From an uncultured delta proteobacterium (GTDB lineage Bacteria; Myxococcota_A; Polyangia; Fen-1088): a DNA stretch of 64,000 nt. The position numbers and the translations under genes were made by a program. The stretch covers positions 71,309 to 135,308 of the forward strand of contig CAWAKD010000006.1 in the NCBI GenBank assembly GCA_963782545.1. Reading direction: 5' to 3'. This document shows, one piece after another, positions 1 through 9,039 of this stretch (position 1 is the first letter of the stretch; every line of letters starts with the position of its first letter). The notes below the pieces were generated by a model. That model did not search any database. It worked only from the letters and a program-made list of their open reading frames with translations, and was not told where the DNA came from.

Positions 1-1287
1 CCGCGGGCGACGCGCGCCAGCCGGCTGTGGTCGAAGAACGCGCTGCGCTTCTTCTTGCGCTTGCCGCTCTCGATGATCTCTTCCCAGCTCGTGATGACGA
101 ACTTCTCGGGCTGGCGCCTCTCGGCGTCGGTCATCGACGAGATGATGGATCCGATGCGCACCAGCTCGCGGTCGTCGACTTGGATGTTGGCGTCGGCCAC
201 GCCCGGGATCTTCTCGACCATCTCGGACAGCGGCCCCATCTTCTTCAGGATCGAGATCTGCTCCAGGAAGTCGTTCATGTCGAACTTGCCCTTGAGCATG
301 CGCAGGGCGTCCTGCTCGGCCTTCTCTTCATCGACGACGTCCTCGAACTGTTGTACGAGACCGACGACGTCGCCACGGCCGAGAATTCGGCTTGCCATGC
401 CGTCGGGACGGAACTCCTCCAGGCGGTCGAGCGACTCGCCCATGCCCACGAACTTGACCGGCTTGCCGGTAACCGCCTTGACCGACAGCGCTGCGCCGCC
501 GCGGGCGTCGCCGTCGAGCTTGGTCAGGATCACGCCGTCGTACTGGAGCCAGTCGTGAAAGGTCTTGGCCGTGGTCACGGCGTCCTGGCCGATCATGGCG
601 TCGATGACGAAGAAGATGTTGGCCGGATTGGTGCGGCGTTTGATCTCCTTGAGCTCGTTCATGAGCGGCTCGTCGATGGCAAGGCGGCCGGCGGTATCGA
701 ACAGCACGGTATCGCGGCCCGATTCCGCGGCCACCCGGTGCGCCTTCTCGCAGATGAGCGGCGGACTGCCCCCTGGTTCGGCGTAAACCGGCATGTTCAG
801 GGCCTGGCCCAGGACCTGGAGCTGCTCGATGGCGGCGGGACGGTACACGTCGGCGGCCACGAGCAGGGGGCGGCGCCCCTGCTTTTCCAGGTAGCGAGCC
901 AGCTTGCCCACCGTGGTGGTCTTGCCGCTGCCCTGCAAGCCGACCAGCATGATACCGGTCGGCCCCTTCTTGGAGAAGCGCAGTTCGGTGTCCACGGGCC
1001 CCATGAGCAGGACCAGTTCGTCATGGCACAACTTGACGAAGTGGTCCTCGGGAGTGACCCGGCGGACCTTCTCCTTGCTGGTGGCACGCACCTTGACGAT
1101 GACGCCGAGGGCTTTTTCCTTGACCTGCTTGCAGAACGCTTGCACGACCTCGAATCCAACGTCCGCCTCGAGCAGCGCCGTGCGCACCTCGACCAGCGCT
1201 TCGTCCACGGTCTTGTCGTCGAGCTCGGCCAGGCCCTGGAATTTCTGCTTGGCGGACCTGAAACCCTTGGTGAGTGTCTCAAACATC
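1..1287 (-). CDS. ffh: Signal recognition particle protein Ffh (SRP54). Partial: the C-terminal M-domain runs off the window start.
   Basis: Reverse-strand translation from the ATG at 1287 gives MFETLTKGFRSAKQKFQGLAELDDKTVDEAL...GSGKTTTVGKLA...TKLDGDARGGAALS, the SRP54 N/G-domain motifs. The ORF track does not list it because the reading frame runs off the window edge. Confidence 0.9.
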
Positions 1288-1389
1288 GGGCGCGCAATCT
1301 ACCACAGGCTCGCCTTGTCGCATCTGGTGCAATCGCGGGGGCGGGAAACCTTCACGCGGGATTCGCGCTCAAAGAGGCGACCGCTCGGG

Positions 1390-2481
1390 CTACGATCCCT
1401 GCTTCTTTTCCTGCCACCACGCGATCCAACGCTGGCGCGCCTCTTCCCGGTCGCGCTCGGGAAGGTCGTAGTGGTAGCCGAAGTACTCGCCGGAAATCTC
1501 GTAGAGTTCGTTGGAGGCCAGCAGGCGCAGCTCGGGGTCGCGGTGGGCGAGGGCTTCCAGCAGCCATTCCACCCGCGAGAGGACTCCCATCCTCCCCCAC
1601 CACTCCAGCCAACGTTTGGATTTCATGCCCAGGTCCTCGCAGGTCAAGGCCACGAGCGCGGCGTGCGCGGCCGTCGCGATGTCGGGGTCCGAAGATTCCA
1701 GCGTTTCCGCGATGGCGGGAACGGCGTTCTTGTCGCGCAATTCGGACAGGGCGCGCAGGGCGCCCGTGGCGACCGTGGCATCGCCCTGCGCGGCCTTCTT
1801 CTCGAGCGCGTGGCGGAAGGCAATCACGCGTGCGTCGAGCAGGCGTCGGGAGAGTCGTGCCAGGGCCGTCCGTCGCGCGGCGGCGTCGCCAAGGCGCGCG
1901 GCTTCCAGCAGGGTATCGATGGGGTCGACCCCGAGCACGAACGGCGTCGGGGTGCGCACGTCCGGCCGCGCGCCGTCGCCGGCCAGCGCGCGCGCTTGCG
2001 CCGTGCCGATCAGCTTCGCGAGCAGCGACAGGTAACGCGGCGGCATCGGTGTGTCGTAGATCGCGTGCATCTGGGCCCGGAAGCGCACCTCGGAAACCAG
2101 CGCGGGCTCGATGAGCAGCGAGCGCTGTTCGGCCCAGGCCACCAGGGCGTCGTGATCGTGTTCCGGACGGACCAGGACATCGAGAACATCGCCCTGTTTC
2201 GCCCGGGGCGCGGCGCCCAGCTTCTGGGCGATGCCACTGTCCATCCATGTGCGCGCCGCCCGGTCCGGCATCGACCCGAGCGAGCTTATGGGCGCGAGTG
2301 GAATGCCGATGATTTCGGCCAGGTGGCCGGTCAAGGTCTCCTCGTCGGTGGCGCGCAGCTCGAGGAGCGCGGTATCGAGGCCACCGCCGTAGAGTTTCTT
2401 GCGCTGCTCCGCCTCGATGGCGGCATCGCGCGTGATCACGCCACGGCGGACCAGGGCCTGGGCAATCTCGGACAGGGACAT
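1390..2481 (-). CDS. HEAT-repeat protein with an N-terminal T2SS-E N-terminal-like (MshEN-type) domain
   Basis: Start taken at MSLSEIAQALVRRGVITRDAAIEAEQRKKLYGGG (GspE_N-like). HEAT-like repeats follow (AIAETLESSDPDIATAAHAALVALT). The upstream part of the 1390..2664 ORF is low-complexity read-through. Confidence 0.6.
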   Translation of the reverse strand: MSLSEIAQALVRRGVITRDAAIEAEQRKKLYGGGLDTALLELRATDEETLTGHLAEIIGIPLAPISSLGSMPDRAARTWMDSGIAQKLGAAPRAKQGDVLDVLVRPEHDHDALVAWAEQRSLLIEPALVSEVRFRAQMHAIYDTPMPPRYLSLLAKLIGTAQARALAGDGARPDVRTPTPFVLGVDPIDTLLEAARLGDAAARRTALARLSRRLLDARVIAFRHALEKKAAQGDATVATGALRALSELRDKNAVPAIAETLESSDPDIATAAHAALVALTCEDLGMKSKRWLEWWGRMGVLSRVEWLLEALAHRDPELRLLASNELYEISGEYFGYHYDLPERDREEARQRWIAWWQEKKQGS

Positions 2482-2506
2482 GGTTGATGATTCCGGCCCA
2501 TGGCCA

Positions 2507-3040
2507 TCATCGTTCGTCGAGGATGACGTAGGTGCCCGACAGGTGGTCGTGCAGGGAGCGGCGCTCGCGATCGAAGATGCACCACAGGAAGCCCAGGCCG
2601 GCCAAGGCGAGAGAGAGCACCATGGTGAGGAAGCGCACGCTGGCGACGAGCGGACCCGGGGCATGGCCCCGTGAGGAGATCACGCGCAGGCCGAGCAGCC
2701 GCTTGCCCAGGGTCTGACCGAGGACGCCGCCGAGATAGATCTGGTAGAGCGCGCTCAGGCCGAAAAGCAGACCGAATGCTCCGGCGGCCATGGGGTTGCG
2801 ATCGAGGAGGCCAGCCATCACGAAGTCGGGGCCGAACTCCTTGGCCGTCGGCAATTGGATGCCGAGCGCGAGCGCGGCGCCGACCGTGACCGCGACCGTA
2901 AACGACAGGACCAGCACAAGGTCGACGAGAGCGGCCAGCGTGCGCCGCGGGAAACCCGCCGCCCTCACGCGCACCACACGCGTCTCGCGGCCGTGGACTT
3001 TGGTGCCCTCGGAGGGAGCGACGTGCGCGGGCCGGGGCAT
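2507..3040 (-). CDS. RDD family membrane protein
   Basis: 177 aa. Multi-transmembrane with an R..DD-type composition, typical of PF06271. Confidence 0.7.
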   Translation of the reverse strand: MPRPAHVAPSEGTKVHGRETRVVRVRAAGFPRRTLAALVDLVLVLSFTVAVTVGAALALGIQLPTAKEFGPDFVMAGLLDRNPMAAGAFGLLFGLSALYQIYLGGVLGQTLGKRLLGLRVISSRGHAPGPLVASVRFLTMVLSLALAGLGFLWCIFDRERRSLHDHLSGTYVILDER

Positions 3041-3150
3041 TCCGGTGGTTTCGTCCCTGAAGGCTCGCCTGATCGAGAAAGGCCGCGTAGCTGGTCACGC
3101 GACCATTTTGCGAAGGCCAGGGCTTGGCCGCAAGTTTATTGCTTGTGGTC

Positions 3151-3876
3151 CTAGTCGAGGCCGCCGGCGGCGGCCTGGGCCAGGGCGACGGCCACGATGG
3201 CGGCGGTTTCCGCGCGCAGGATGCGAGGACCCAGGGAAACCGGCACGAATCCGGCTTCGCTCGCGCCGTCCACTTCGGCGAGGGAGAACCCACCCTCGGG
3301 GCCGACCAGCAGGACGACTTCGCGAGGGCCGGCGGCGAGGGCGCCACGCAGGGCTTGGGTGCGCTCGCCCTCCCACAGCATGAGGCGCATTCTCGGCTGG
3401 TTCGCGAATCCTGCCAGGGCAGCGCCGAGGGAGAGACAATCGTCGATGTCGGGGACGTCGGCGCGGCCGCACTGCCGGGACGCCTCCGTGGCGATGGTCT
3501 GCCAGCGCTGGCGGCGTCCCCGCGCGGGCGGCTTGACCATGCCGTACTCGGTGATGACGGGTACGATGCGGGCCACGCCCAGTTCGGAGGTCTTCTGCAC
3601 GATGAAGTCCATGCGCTCGCCCCGCGGCAGCGACTGCAGCAGGGTGATGGCGCAGGCCGGGGGGGGCACCGGGTGGCGCCGTCCCAGGGCGATTTCGACC
3701 GAGGATTTCCCTACGGATAAGATGCGCGCCTCGATGACCGTGCCGACGCCATCGAAGACCTGGATGGCCGCCCCCGGCGCCAGGCGCAGCACCTTGATCA
3801 GGTGGCGGTGGGCGGCCTGGTCGATCGTGGCGCGCGAGCCTTGCAGTTTCTCCGGGGAAACATGAAGTCGCACCAT
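3151..3876 (-). CDS. rsmE: 16S rRNA (uracil1498-N3)-methyltransferase RsmE
   Basis: MVRLHVSPEKLQ...VLLVGPEGGFS...RILRAETAAI is the RsmE/PUA-SPOUT signature. Start moved to the ATG at 3876. Confidence 0.85.
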   Translation of the reverse strand: MVRLHVSPEKLQGSRATIDQAAHRHLIKVLRLAPGAAIQVFDGVGTVIEARILSVGKSSVEIALGRRHPVPPPACAITLLQSLPRGERMDFIVQKTSELGVARIVPVITEYGMVKPPARGRRQRWQTIATEASRQCGRADVPDIDDCLSLGAALAGFANQPRMRLMLWEGERTQALRGALAAGPREVVLLVGPEGGFSLAEVDGASEAGFVPVSLGPRILRAETAAIVAVALAQAAAGGLD

Positions 3877-3884
3877 GGCCTCTT

Positions 3885-4787
3885 CTAGCTCCCTGGACCT
3901 GCCTTGCGCAACAACAGGCCGGCCCACTCGTCCTCGTCACGTCGTGCATCCAAGGAGAATCCAGCCCGCGTGTAGGCGGCCAGCACGTCGCTTGCTTGGT
4001 CGACGAGGATCCCGGAAAGGATGGCGTGCCCTTCCGGCGCCAGCCTGGCCGCCATCGCCGCGGCCAGGCCGCCGAGCACGTCGGCCTGGATGTTGGCCAA
4101 CACGAGATCGAAGGCCGTTTCGGCGCTTTGCAGGGTGCCGGTCACGATGGCCACGCTGCCGACATGGTTGCGCGCGAAGTTCTCCTGACTGCACGCCGTG
4201 GCCTCTGGGTCGTTGTCGATGGCCAGGCCCGTGGCACCGGGCCAAAGACGATCGGCCGCAATGGACAAGATCCCGGAGCCACAGCCGAGGTCGAGAAAGC
4301 GCGTGATGGAAGAGCCCCTTTCCCGCACGTCCTCCGCCAAGGCGATGGCCAGCCGTGTGGAAGGATGGGCGCCCGTGCCGAAGGCCCGCCCGGGATCCAG
4401 GTCGATGACGAACTCGCCGGCCGGGGCCGGCCCGGGATCCCAACTCGGCCGAACCGTGAAGCGACGGCCGACGCGCGTTGCGCGAAAGAACTGCTTCCAC
4501 ACATCCCGCCACTCGCTCTCGTCGGCATGGCGTTCGCGGATGGCGACGGGATCGACGGCAAGACCCGAGGCGCGCGCGCTGGCCAGCACCCGGTGGGCCG
4601 TGGCAAGCAAGAAATCACGGTCCTCGGGCTTGCATAGCGCTATCACGGCGCTCCGGCCGGGCTTCGTGGAGAGCAAGGTGCCGGCGTCGCGCAACTCGAC
4701 GCCCCCGACCAGAGGGCCGATCTCGGCGGCCAGGATGTCGGCGGCCTCGGCCTGGGTCTCGATGTGGATTTCGATCCAGGCGCTCAG
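3885..4787 (-). CDS. prmA: Ribosomal protein L11 methyltransferase PrmA. The start codon is uncertain and non-canonical.
   Basis: SAWIEIHIE...GTGAHPSTRLAIALAE...DLGCGSGILSIAA matches PrmA (E. coli MPWIQLKLN...). The frame is open upstream, with no ATG/GTG/TTG before the TTG at 4694, which would remove the conserved N-terminus. The only start-like codon is a CTG at 4787 that overlaps the rpsU TGA stop. Confidence 0.75.
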   Translation of the reverse strand: MSAWIEIHIETQAEAADILAAEIGPLVGGVELRDAGTLLSTKPGRSAVIALCKPEDRDFLLATAHRVLASARASGLAVDPVAIRERHADESEWRDVWKQFFRATRVGRRFTVRPSWDPGPAPAGEFVIDLDPGRAFGTGAHPSTRLAIALAEDVRERGSSITRFLDLGCGSGILSIAADRLWPGATGLAIDNDPEATACSQENFARNHVGSVAIVTGTLQSAETAFDLVLANIQADVLGGLAAAMAARLAPEGHAILSGILVDQASDVLAAYTRAGFSLDARRDEDEWAGLLLRKAGPGS

Positions 4788-4999
4788 CGGATCACGCGCC
4801 TCTTGGCCTCGCGCCTGCGCCGCTTGCGCGCCTCGCGGATCTTGCGCTTGCGCTTGACCGACGGCTTCTCGTGGTAGCGGCGGCGCTTGATCTCCTGCAG
4901 GATGCCCTCTTTCGACATCTTCTGCTTCAGGATCTTCATCGCTTTTTCGATGGAATCCCGAACTTCAACTTCGAGGGGGCGTCCGAGCAGTGTCTCCAA
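4784..4999 (-). CDS. rpsU: 30S ribosomal protein S21
   Basis: VEVRDSIEKAMKILKQKMSKEGILQEIKRRRYHEKPSVKRKRKIREARKRRR is S21. A TTG start at 4999 has GGAGGA 4 nt upstream. Confidence 0.85.
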   Translation of the reverse strand: METLLGRPLEVEVRDSIEKAMKILKQKMSKEGILQEIKRRRYHEKPSVKRKRKIREARKRRRREAKRRVIR

Positions 5000-5041
5000 G
5001 CAATCCTCCAGGTGGGACAGGTCAAAATCGTGAAGGGTGAG

Positions 5042-5070
5042 TATTAACCATTCCGGATGCTTGCGGTCAA
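5042..5070 (-). promoter_or_regulatory. Putative sigma70-type promoter of the rpsU-prmA-rsmE operon
   Basis: On the minus strand: TTGACC (5070..5065), a 17-nt spacer, TTAATA (5047..5042). It lies in an unusually AT-rich 240-bp intergenic region. Confidence 0.35.
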
Positions 5071-5241
5071 GGTTCGTCTAGAGGAACCACCGCGTTACTT
5101 GAAAGAACATTGTCGTGTGCCAGATTACCCGAAAAAATATGTTTACCTTTTGGCTTTTGCATCGTATTCCAATGTTCACGCGGGTTGTGAGAGAGCTCAG
5201 CGAACAGCGTTCTGTAGGACAGTTCGGAAGGAGAAGCGCCA

Positions 5242-5424
5242 ATGATGGGGGCAAAGGTATTTACGGCCACTAAGGCGAAGGACCGCGATGAGCTCGGAGA
5301 GGTTCTGACGAGGTGGATTCACGACAACCCGAAGGCCAGGATCATCGACAAGGTCGTGACGCAGAGTTCGGATCGGGAATTCCACTGCCTCAGCATCACG
5401 ATCTTCTACGAGATGCAGCCCTAA
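5242..5424 (+). CDS. Small hypothetical protein (60 aa)
   Basis: Strong RBS (GGAAGGAGA) 8 nt before ATGATG. Lower GC than its surroundings. Not recognised. Confidence 0.5.
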   Translation: MMGAKVFTATKAKDRDELGEVLTRWIHDNPKARIIDKVVTQSSDREFHCLSITIFYEMQP

Positions 5425-5511
5425 GACTGCTGTCATGCCTGGCGGGGCAGCCGCGCTTCGAGCGTCCGTGGTAGGTGCGGGCGGAAGCGCTGTCGTGCCA
5501 TAATCGCGCCG

Positions 5512-6366
5512 ATGCGTTTCGGTTTCGTGGTCAGGCAAGGCAATCCCGAGGCGGAGAGTCTCGCCGCCGACCTCGCGGACATGCTGCGTGCGCGCGGCGA
5601 GGAGGTGCTGTTCGTCGCGGACTATGGGCAGGGTGCGCCGTCTGGCTATCCTGCCGCGCCCGGCGCGGAGATTGGGGCGCGCATCGACGTGATGGTCGCG
5701 CTCGGCGGCGACGGAACCTTTCTCCACGGCGCCAAGTTGGTGGCCGATCACGACGTTCCGCTGCTCGGTATCAACCTCGGTAGCCTCGGTTTCCTCACGC
5801 CCTATGCCGTCAGCGAGGCCAGCGCGGCCCTCGCCGATGCGGCCCAGGGTCGACTGCCGGTCGAACGGCGCATGCGTCTGCTCGTCACCCTGCGCGTGCA
5901 GGGGCGTCCGGCGGAAAGTCAGAGTGCGCTCAACGAGGCCGTCATCAACCAACGCGAGGTCGCGCGCTTGATGGATCTCCTGGCGACCACCAACGGCGAC
6001 ACCATCACGAGCTACAAGTCGGATGGGCTTATCCTCTGCACGCCGACGGGATCGACCGCCTACAACCTGGCCGCGGGGGGGCCCATCTTGAGCCCGGATT
6101 TGGAAGCCATCGTGCTCACCCCCATTTGCCCCCACACCTTGTCCAACCGCCCCTTGGTCGTGCGCGCGGATACCGGCGTCTCGGTGACCAATGTCTCGCC
6201 CTACCACGGCGTGGTCACCGTCGACGGGCATTGGAGCCGCGAGATGGCGCCCGGCGATGTGGTCGAGGTGCGGTTGCTGGAACGGCGGCTGCGCGTGTTC
6301 CGTCCCGGCCACTCCTTCTTCAAGATCCTGCGCCAGAAGCTCTCGTGGGGGGAGCGCAAGGCCTGA
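5512..6366 (+). CDS. nadK: NAD kinase
   Basis: Contains GGDGT and NE..IN motifs (DVMVALGGDGTFLHGAKL...TPTGSTAYNLAAGGP). Confidence 0.9.
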   Translation: MRFGFVVRQGNPEAESLAADLADMLRARGEEVLFVADYGQGAPSGYPAAPGAEIGARIDVMVALGGDGTFLHGAKLVADHDVPLLGINLGSLGFLTPYAVSEASAALADAAQGRLPVERRMRLLVTLRVQGRPAESQSALNEAVINQREVARLMDLLATTNGDTITSYKSDGLILCTPTGSTAYNLAAGGPILSPDLEAIVLTPICPHTLSNRPLVVRADTGVSVTNVSPYHGVVTVDGHWSREMAPGDVVEVRLLERRLRVFRPGHSFFKILRQKLSWGERKA

Positions 6367-6414
6367 CCTGGGGCCGCAAGCAACTTCGACCCTGCCATTG
6401 CCGAAACAGAAGTC

Positions 6415-8082
6415 ATGCTGACGCTGCTACGGGTTTCCGGTTTCGCTCTTATCGACGAGGTCGAGCTCGCGCTTGGGCCCGGACTGACCGTCATCACCGG
6501 CGAAACCGGCGCGGGCAAGAGCATTCTGGTCGAGGCCCTGGGCCTTTTGCGCGGTGGCCGGGCGCGGGCCGATCTGATTCGTGGCGGCACCGAGGAGGCG
6601 CGCGTGGAGGCGGTCTTCGATCTTGCGGCCGATTCGCAGCTGGCCGCGGCATTGCTGGCGGACGGCCGGGAGTTCACCGATGGTCTGGTCGTTCGCCGCG
6701 CCATTGCGCGAACCGGACGCGGCCGCATCCATCTCGGCGGTGGGCTGGCCACGGCGGCGGATCTCGCGGCCACGGTGGGCAGGCTGTGCGACATCACCTC
6801 GCAGCACGATCAGCAACTGCTCATGGATCCGGAGAGCCAACTGGCGATTCTCGACGCTTTCGCGGGCCACGGGGCCATGGTGGCCGAGGCCAAGCAGGCC
6901 TTCGCCACGCTCGCGGATGCGCGGTCAGCACTGGAGGTCTTCGACGCCGACGCGAAATCGCGCGGCGAGCGCGAGGATCTCTTGCGGTTTCAGCTGGGCG
7001 AGTTGGCCGACGCGGACTTGCAACCCGGGGAGGACGACGCCCTTCGGGTCGAGCGCGAACGCTGCAAGGGCGCCGAGCGGTTTCTCGGTACATGCACGCG
7101 CGGTGAAGACGTACTCTATTCCGGTGAGGACGCGGCGGCCGGGCGCATCGCCGGGGTGGCGCGCGACATCGCAGCCTTGTCCGCGCTCGACCCGGCCCTT
7201 GCTCCCGTGGTCGAGAGCTTGCAAGCCGCGCAAGCCCAGGTGGAAGACGCCGCGTCTTCGCTGTCGCGCTATGCGAGCAAGCTTCACTTCGAGCCCGAAC
7301 GACTGAACGAGATCGAAGAACGGCTGTTTCTCATCGGGCGGCTCGTGCGCAAACACGGTGGCTCGGTCGAAGCGGCTATCGAGCGCCGGGAGGAAATGGC
7401 GCGCGAACTGGCGGAGCTTGGATCCCATGAGGAGGGGCTGGCCGCCCGGCGCGCATCGGTGGCCGATGCCGAGCGACGCACGGACGAACTGGCGCGACAG
7501 CTTGGCGAAAAGCGACGCAAGGCCGCGCGAACCCTGGCCCGGCGGATCGACGAGACCCTGCGCGACCTTGGCCTGTCCGGCGCGCGCGTGCCCATCGCGG
7601 TGGAGGATCGCGGGACCGCGGTCGCCAGCGGGCGCGACCGGGTGCGTTTTCTCTTTGCCCCGAACCCTGGAGAGGAGCCGCGTCCGCTCGATCGCATCGC
7701 CTCGGGCGGAGAGCTTTCGCGCGTGATGCTGGCGGTGACCCAGGCGCTCGCGCGGGAGGGTCAGGCCACGACCTACGTGTTCGACGAGGTCGATGCCGGC
7801 GTTGGCGGCGGCACGGCCGAGGTGATTGGACGCAAATTGCGAGCCATCGCCCAGCATAAACAAGTCCTGGTCGTGACTCACCTACCGCAGATCGCTGCCT
7901 TGGCCGATTGCCACGTCAAGGTGACCAAGGAAGCGACCAAGTCCCGAACCGCAGTGCGTGTCGCACTGCTTTCCGACCAGGAACGGAGAGATGAGATCGC
8001 CAGGATGTTGGGAGGCGCCACGGTGACCGCGCAGGCCGCGGCCCACGCCGAGGAGATGCTGCGACGTTCAAAAGCGCTGTGA
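6415..8082 (+). CDS. recN: DNA repair protein RecN
   Basis: Walker A (GETGAGKSILVEALGLL), a long coiled-coil region and a C-terminal ABC signature (SGGELSRVMLAV...DEVDAGVGG). Confidence 0.9.
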   Translation: MLTLLRVSGFALIDEVELALGPGLTVITGETGAGKSILVEALGLLRGGRARADLIRGGTEEARVEAVFDLAADSQLAAALLADGREFTDGLVVRRAIARTGRGRIHLGGGLATAADLAATVGRLCDITSQHDQQLLMDPESQLAILDAFAGHGAMVAEAKQAFATLADARSALEVFDADAKSRGEREDLLRFQLGELADADLQPGEDDALRVERERCKGAERFLGTCTRGEDVLYSGEDAAAGRIAGVARDIAALSALDPALAPVVESLQAAQAQVEDAASSLSRYASKLHFEPERLNEIEERLFLIGRLVRKHGGSVEAAIERREEMARELAELGSHEEGLAARRASVADAERRTDELARQLGEKRRKAARTLARRIDETLRDLGLSGARVPIAVEDRGTAVASGRDRVRFLFAPNPGEEPRPLDRIASGGELSRVMLAVTQALAREGQATTYVFDEVDAGVGGGTAEVIGRKLRAIAQHKQVLVVTHLPQIAALADCHVKVTKEATKSRTAVRVALLSDQERRDEIARMLGGATVTAQAAAHAEEMLRRSKAL

Positions 8083-8397
8083 CAGATTCGCGTGGGGAGC
8101 CGGCCGGTTGTCGTGCTGAGATGGCCAGCCGGCGCAGGCGTGGCGGGTCGTCGAGTCGAACGCCTTGAAAGGGCCGCCCTTTGAGGGTTCCCATATCGGT
8201 CGCGTCGGGTATAGTGGCGAGCACCGCGCCACCCAGTCCAGCCAGGCTCTCTCCAGGTGGCGTTCGACATAGATGCTCAACCTTTCAACCATCTTCCCGC
8301 GAGGCGGCGTCCTCGTTCTTGATGCGCATCTCACCCCGGCGGTGAGGCTGCCGTTCCATGGGTTGGCTGACCATCTTGGAGCAGGAACGAATCGTCG

Positions 8398-9030
8398 GTG
8401 GCGATGCATCCAGCAGAGCTATCGCTGAGGGAAGAGAAGCGCGCCCTTCGTCGCGCCATGGCCGAGCAGAGAGACGCGCTGCCGCCCTCGCAACGAGAGG
8501 CGATGACCGGGCGAGCAGTGGAACGATTCCTCGATCTGCCCGAAACCCGCTCGGCCAGGACGGTGGCGGGGTTCGTGTCAACGCGCTCCGAAATCGATAC
8601 CGAACCGCTCCTCGGCCAGCTTCGGCGGCGAGGAGCCGCCGTCGTGCTTCCGCGGGTGAGCACCGGGCTCATCCCACCGCGCCTGCGCTTTCACCGGGCG
8701 GATTGGCGTTCCGAGCTGGTTTTTGGAATCTTCGGATTGCTCGAACCTGGACCGGATTGTCCCGAGGTGGCTGCTCACGACATCGACGTCTTCATGGTGC
8801 CCGGACTGGCGTTCGACAAGCGCGGCGCGCGTGTCGGATACGGAGGGGGCTACTACGACGAATTGGCGGCCTACGTGCGAGCCCATCCCGACGCCACCAA
8901 TGCGCGTTTCATCGGCTACTCTTTCGACTTTCAGGTGGTGGAGGCCTGTCCCTCCGGAGAGTGGGACGTGCCGCTCGACACCATCGTCACCGACGAACGC
9001 GTTGTTCGCTGCCAAGAATCGAGCCACTGA
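8398..9030 (+). CDS. 5-formyltetrahydrofolate cyclo-ligase
   Basis: LRRAMAEQRDALPP...VAGFVSTRSEIDTEPLL...VPGLAFDKRGARVGYGGGYYD is the MTHFS fold. Confidence 0.85.
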   Translation: MAMHPAELSLREEKRALRRAMAEQRDALPPSQREAMTGRAVERFLDLPETRSARTVAGFVSTRSEIDTEPLLGQLRRRGAAVVLPRVSTGLIPPRLRFHRADWRSELVFGIFGLLEPGPDCPEVAAHDIDVFMVPGLAFDKRGARVGYGGGYYDELAAYVRAHPDATNARFIGYSFDFQVVEACPSGEWDVPLDTIVTDERVVRCQESSH

Positions 9031-9039
9031 GGAAGAAAC

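Noticed and set aside
27-2114. 695-aa plus-strand ORF
   Set aside because: Antisense to ffh and the HEAT gene. Low-complexity Arg/Pro/Ala composition typical of the reverse frame in high-GC DNA. The real genes are on the minus strand.
5197-6312. 371-aa minus-strand ORF
   Set aside because: Antisense to nadK.
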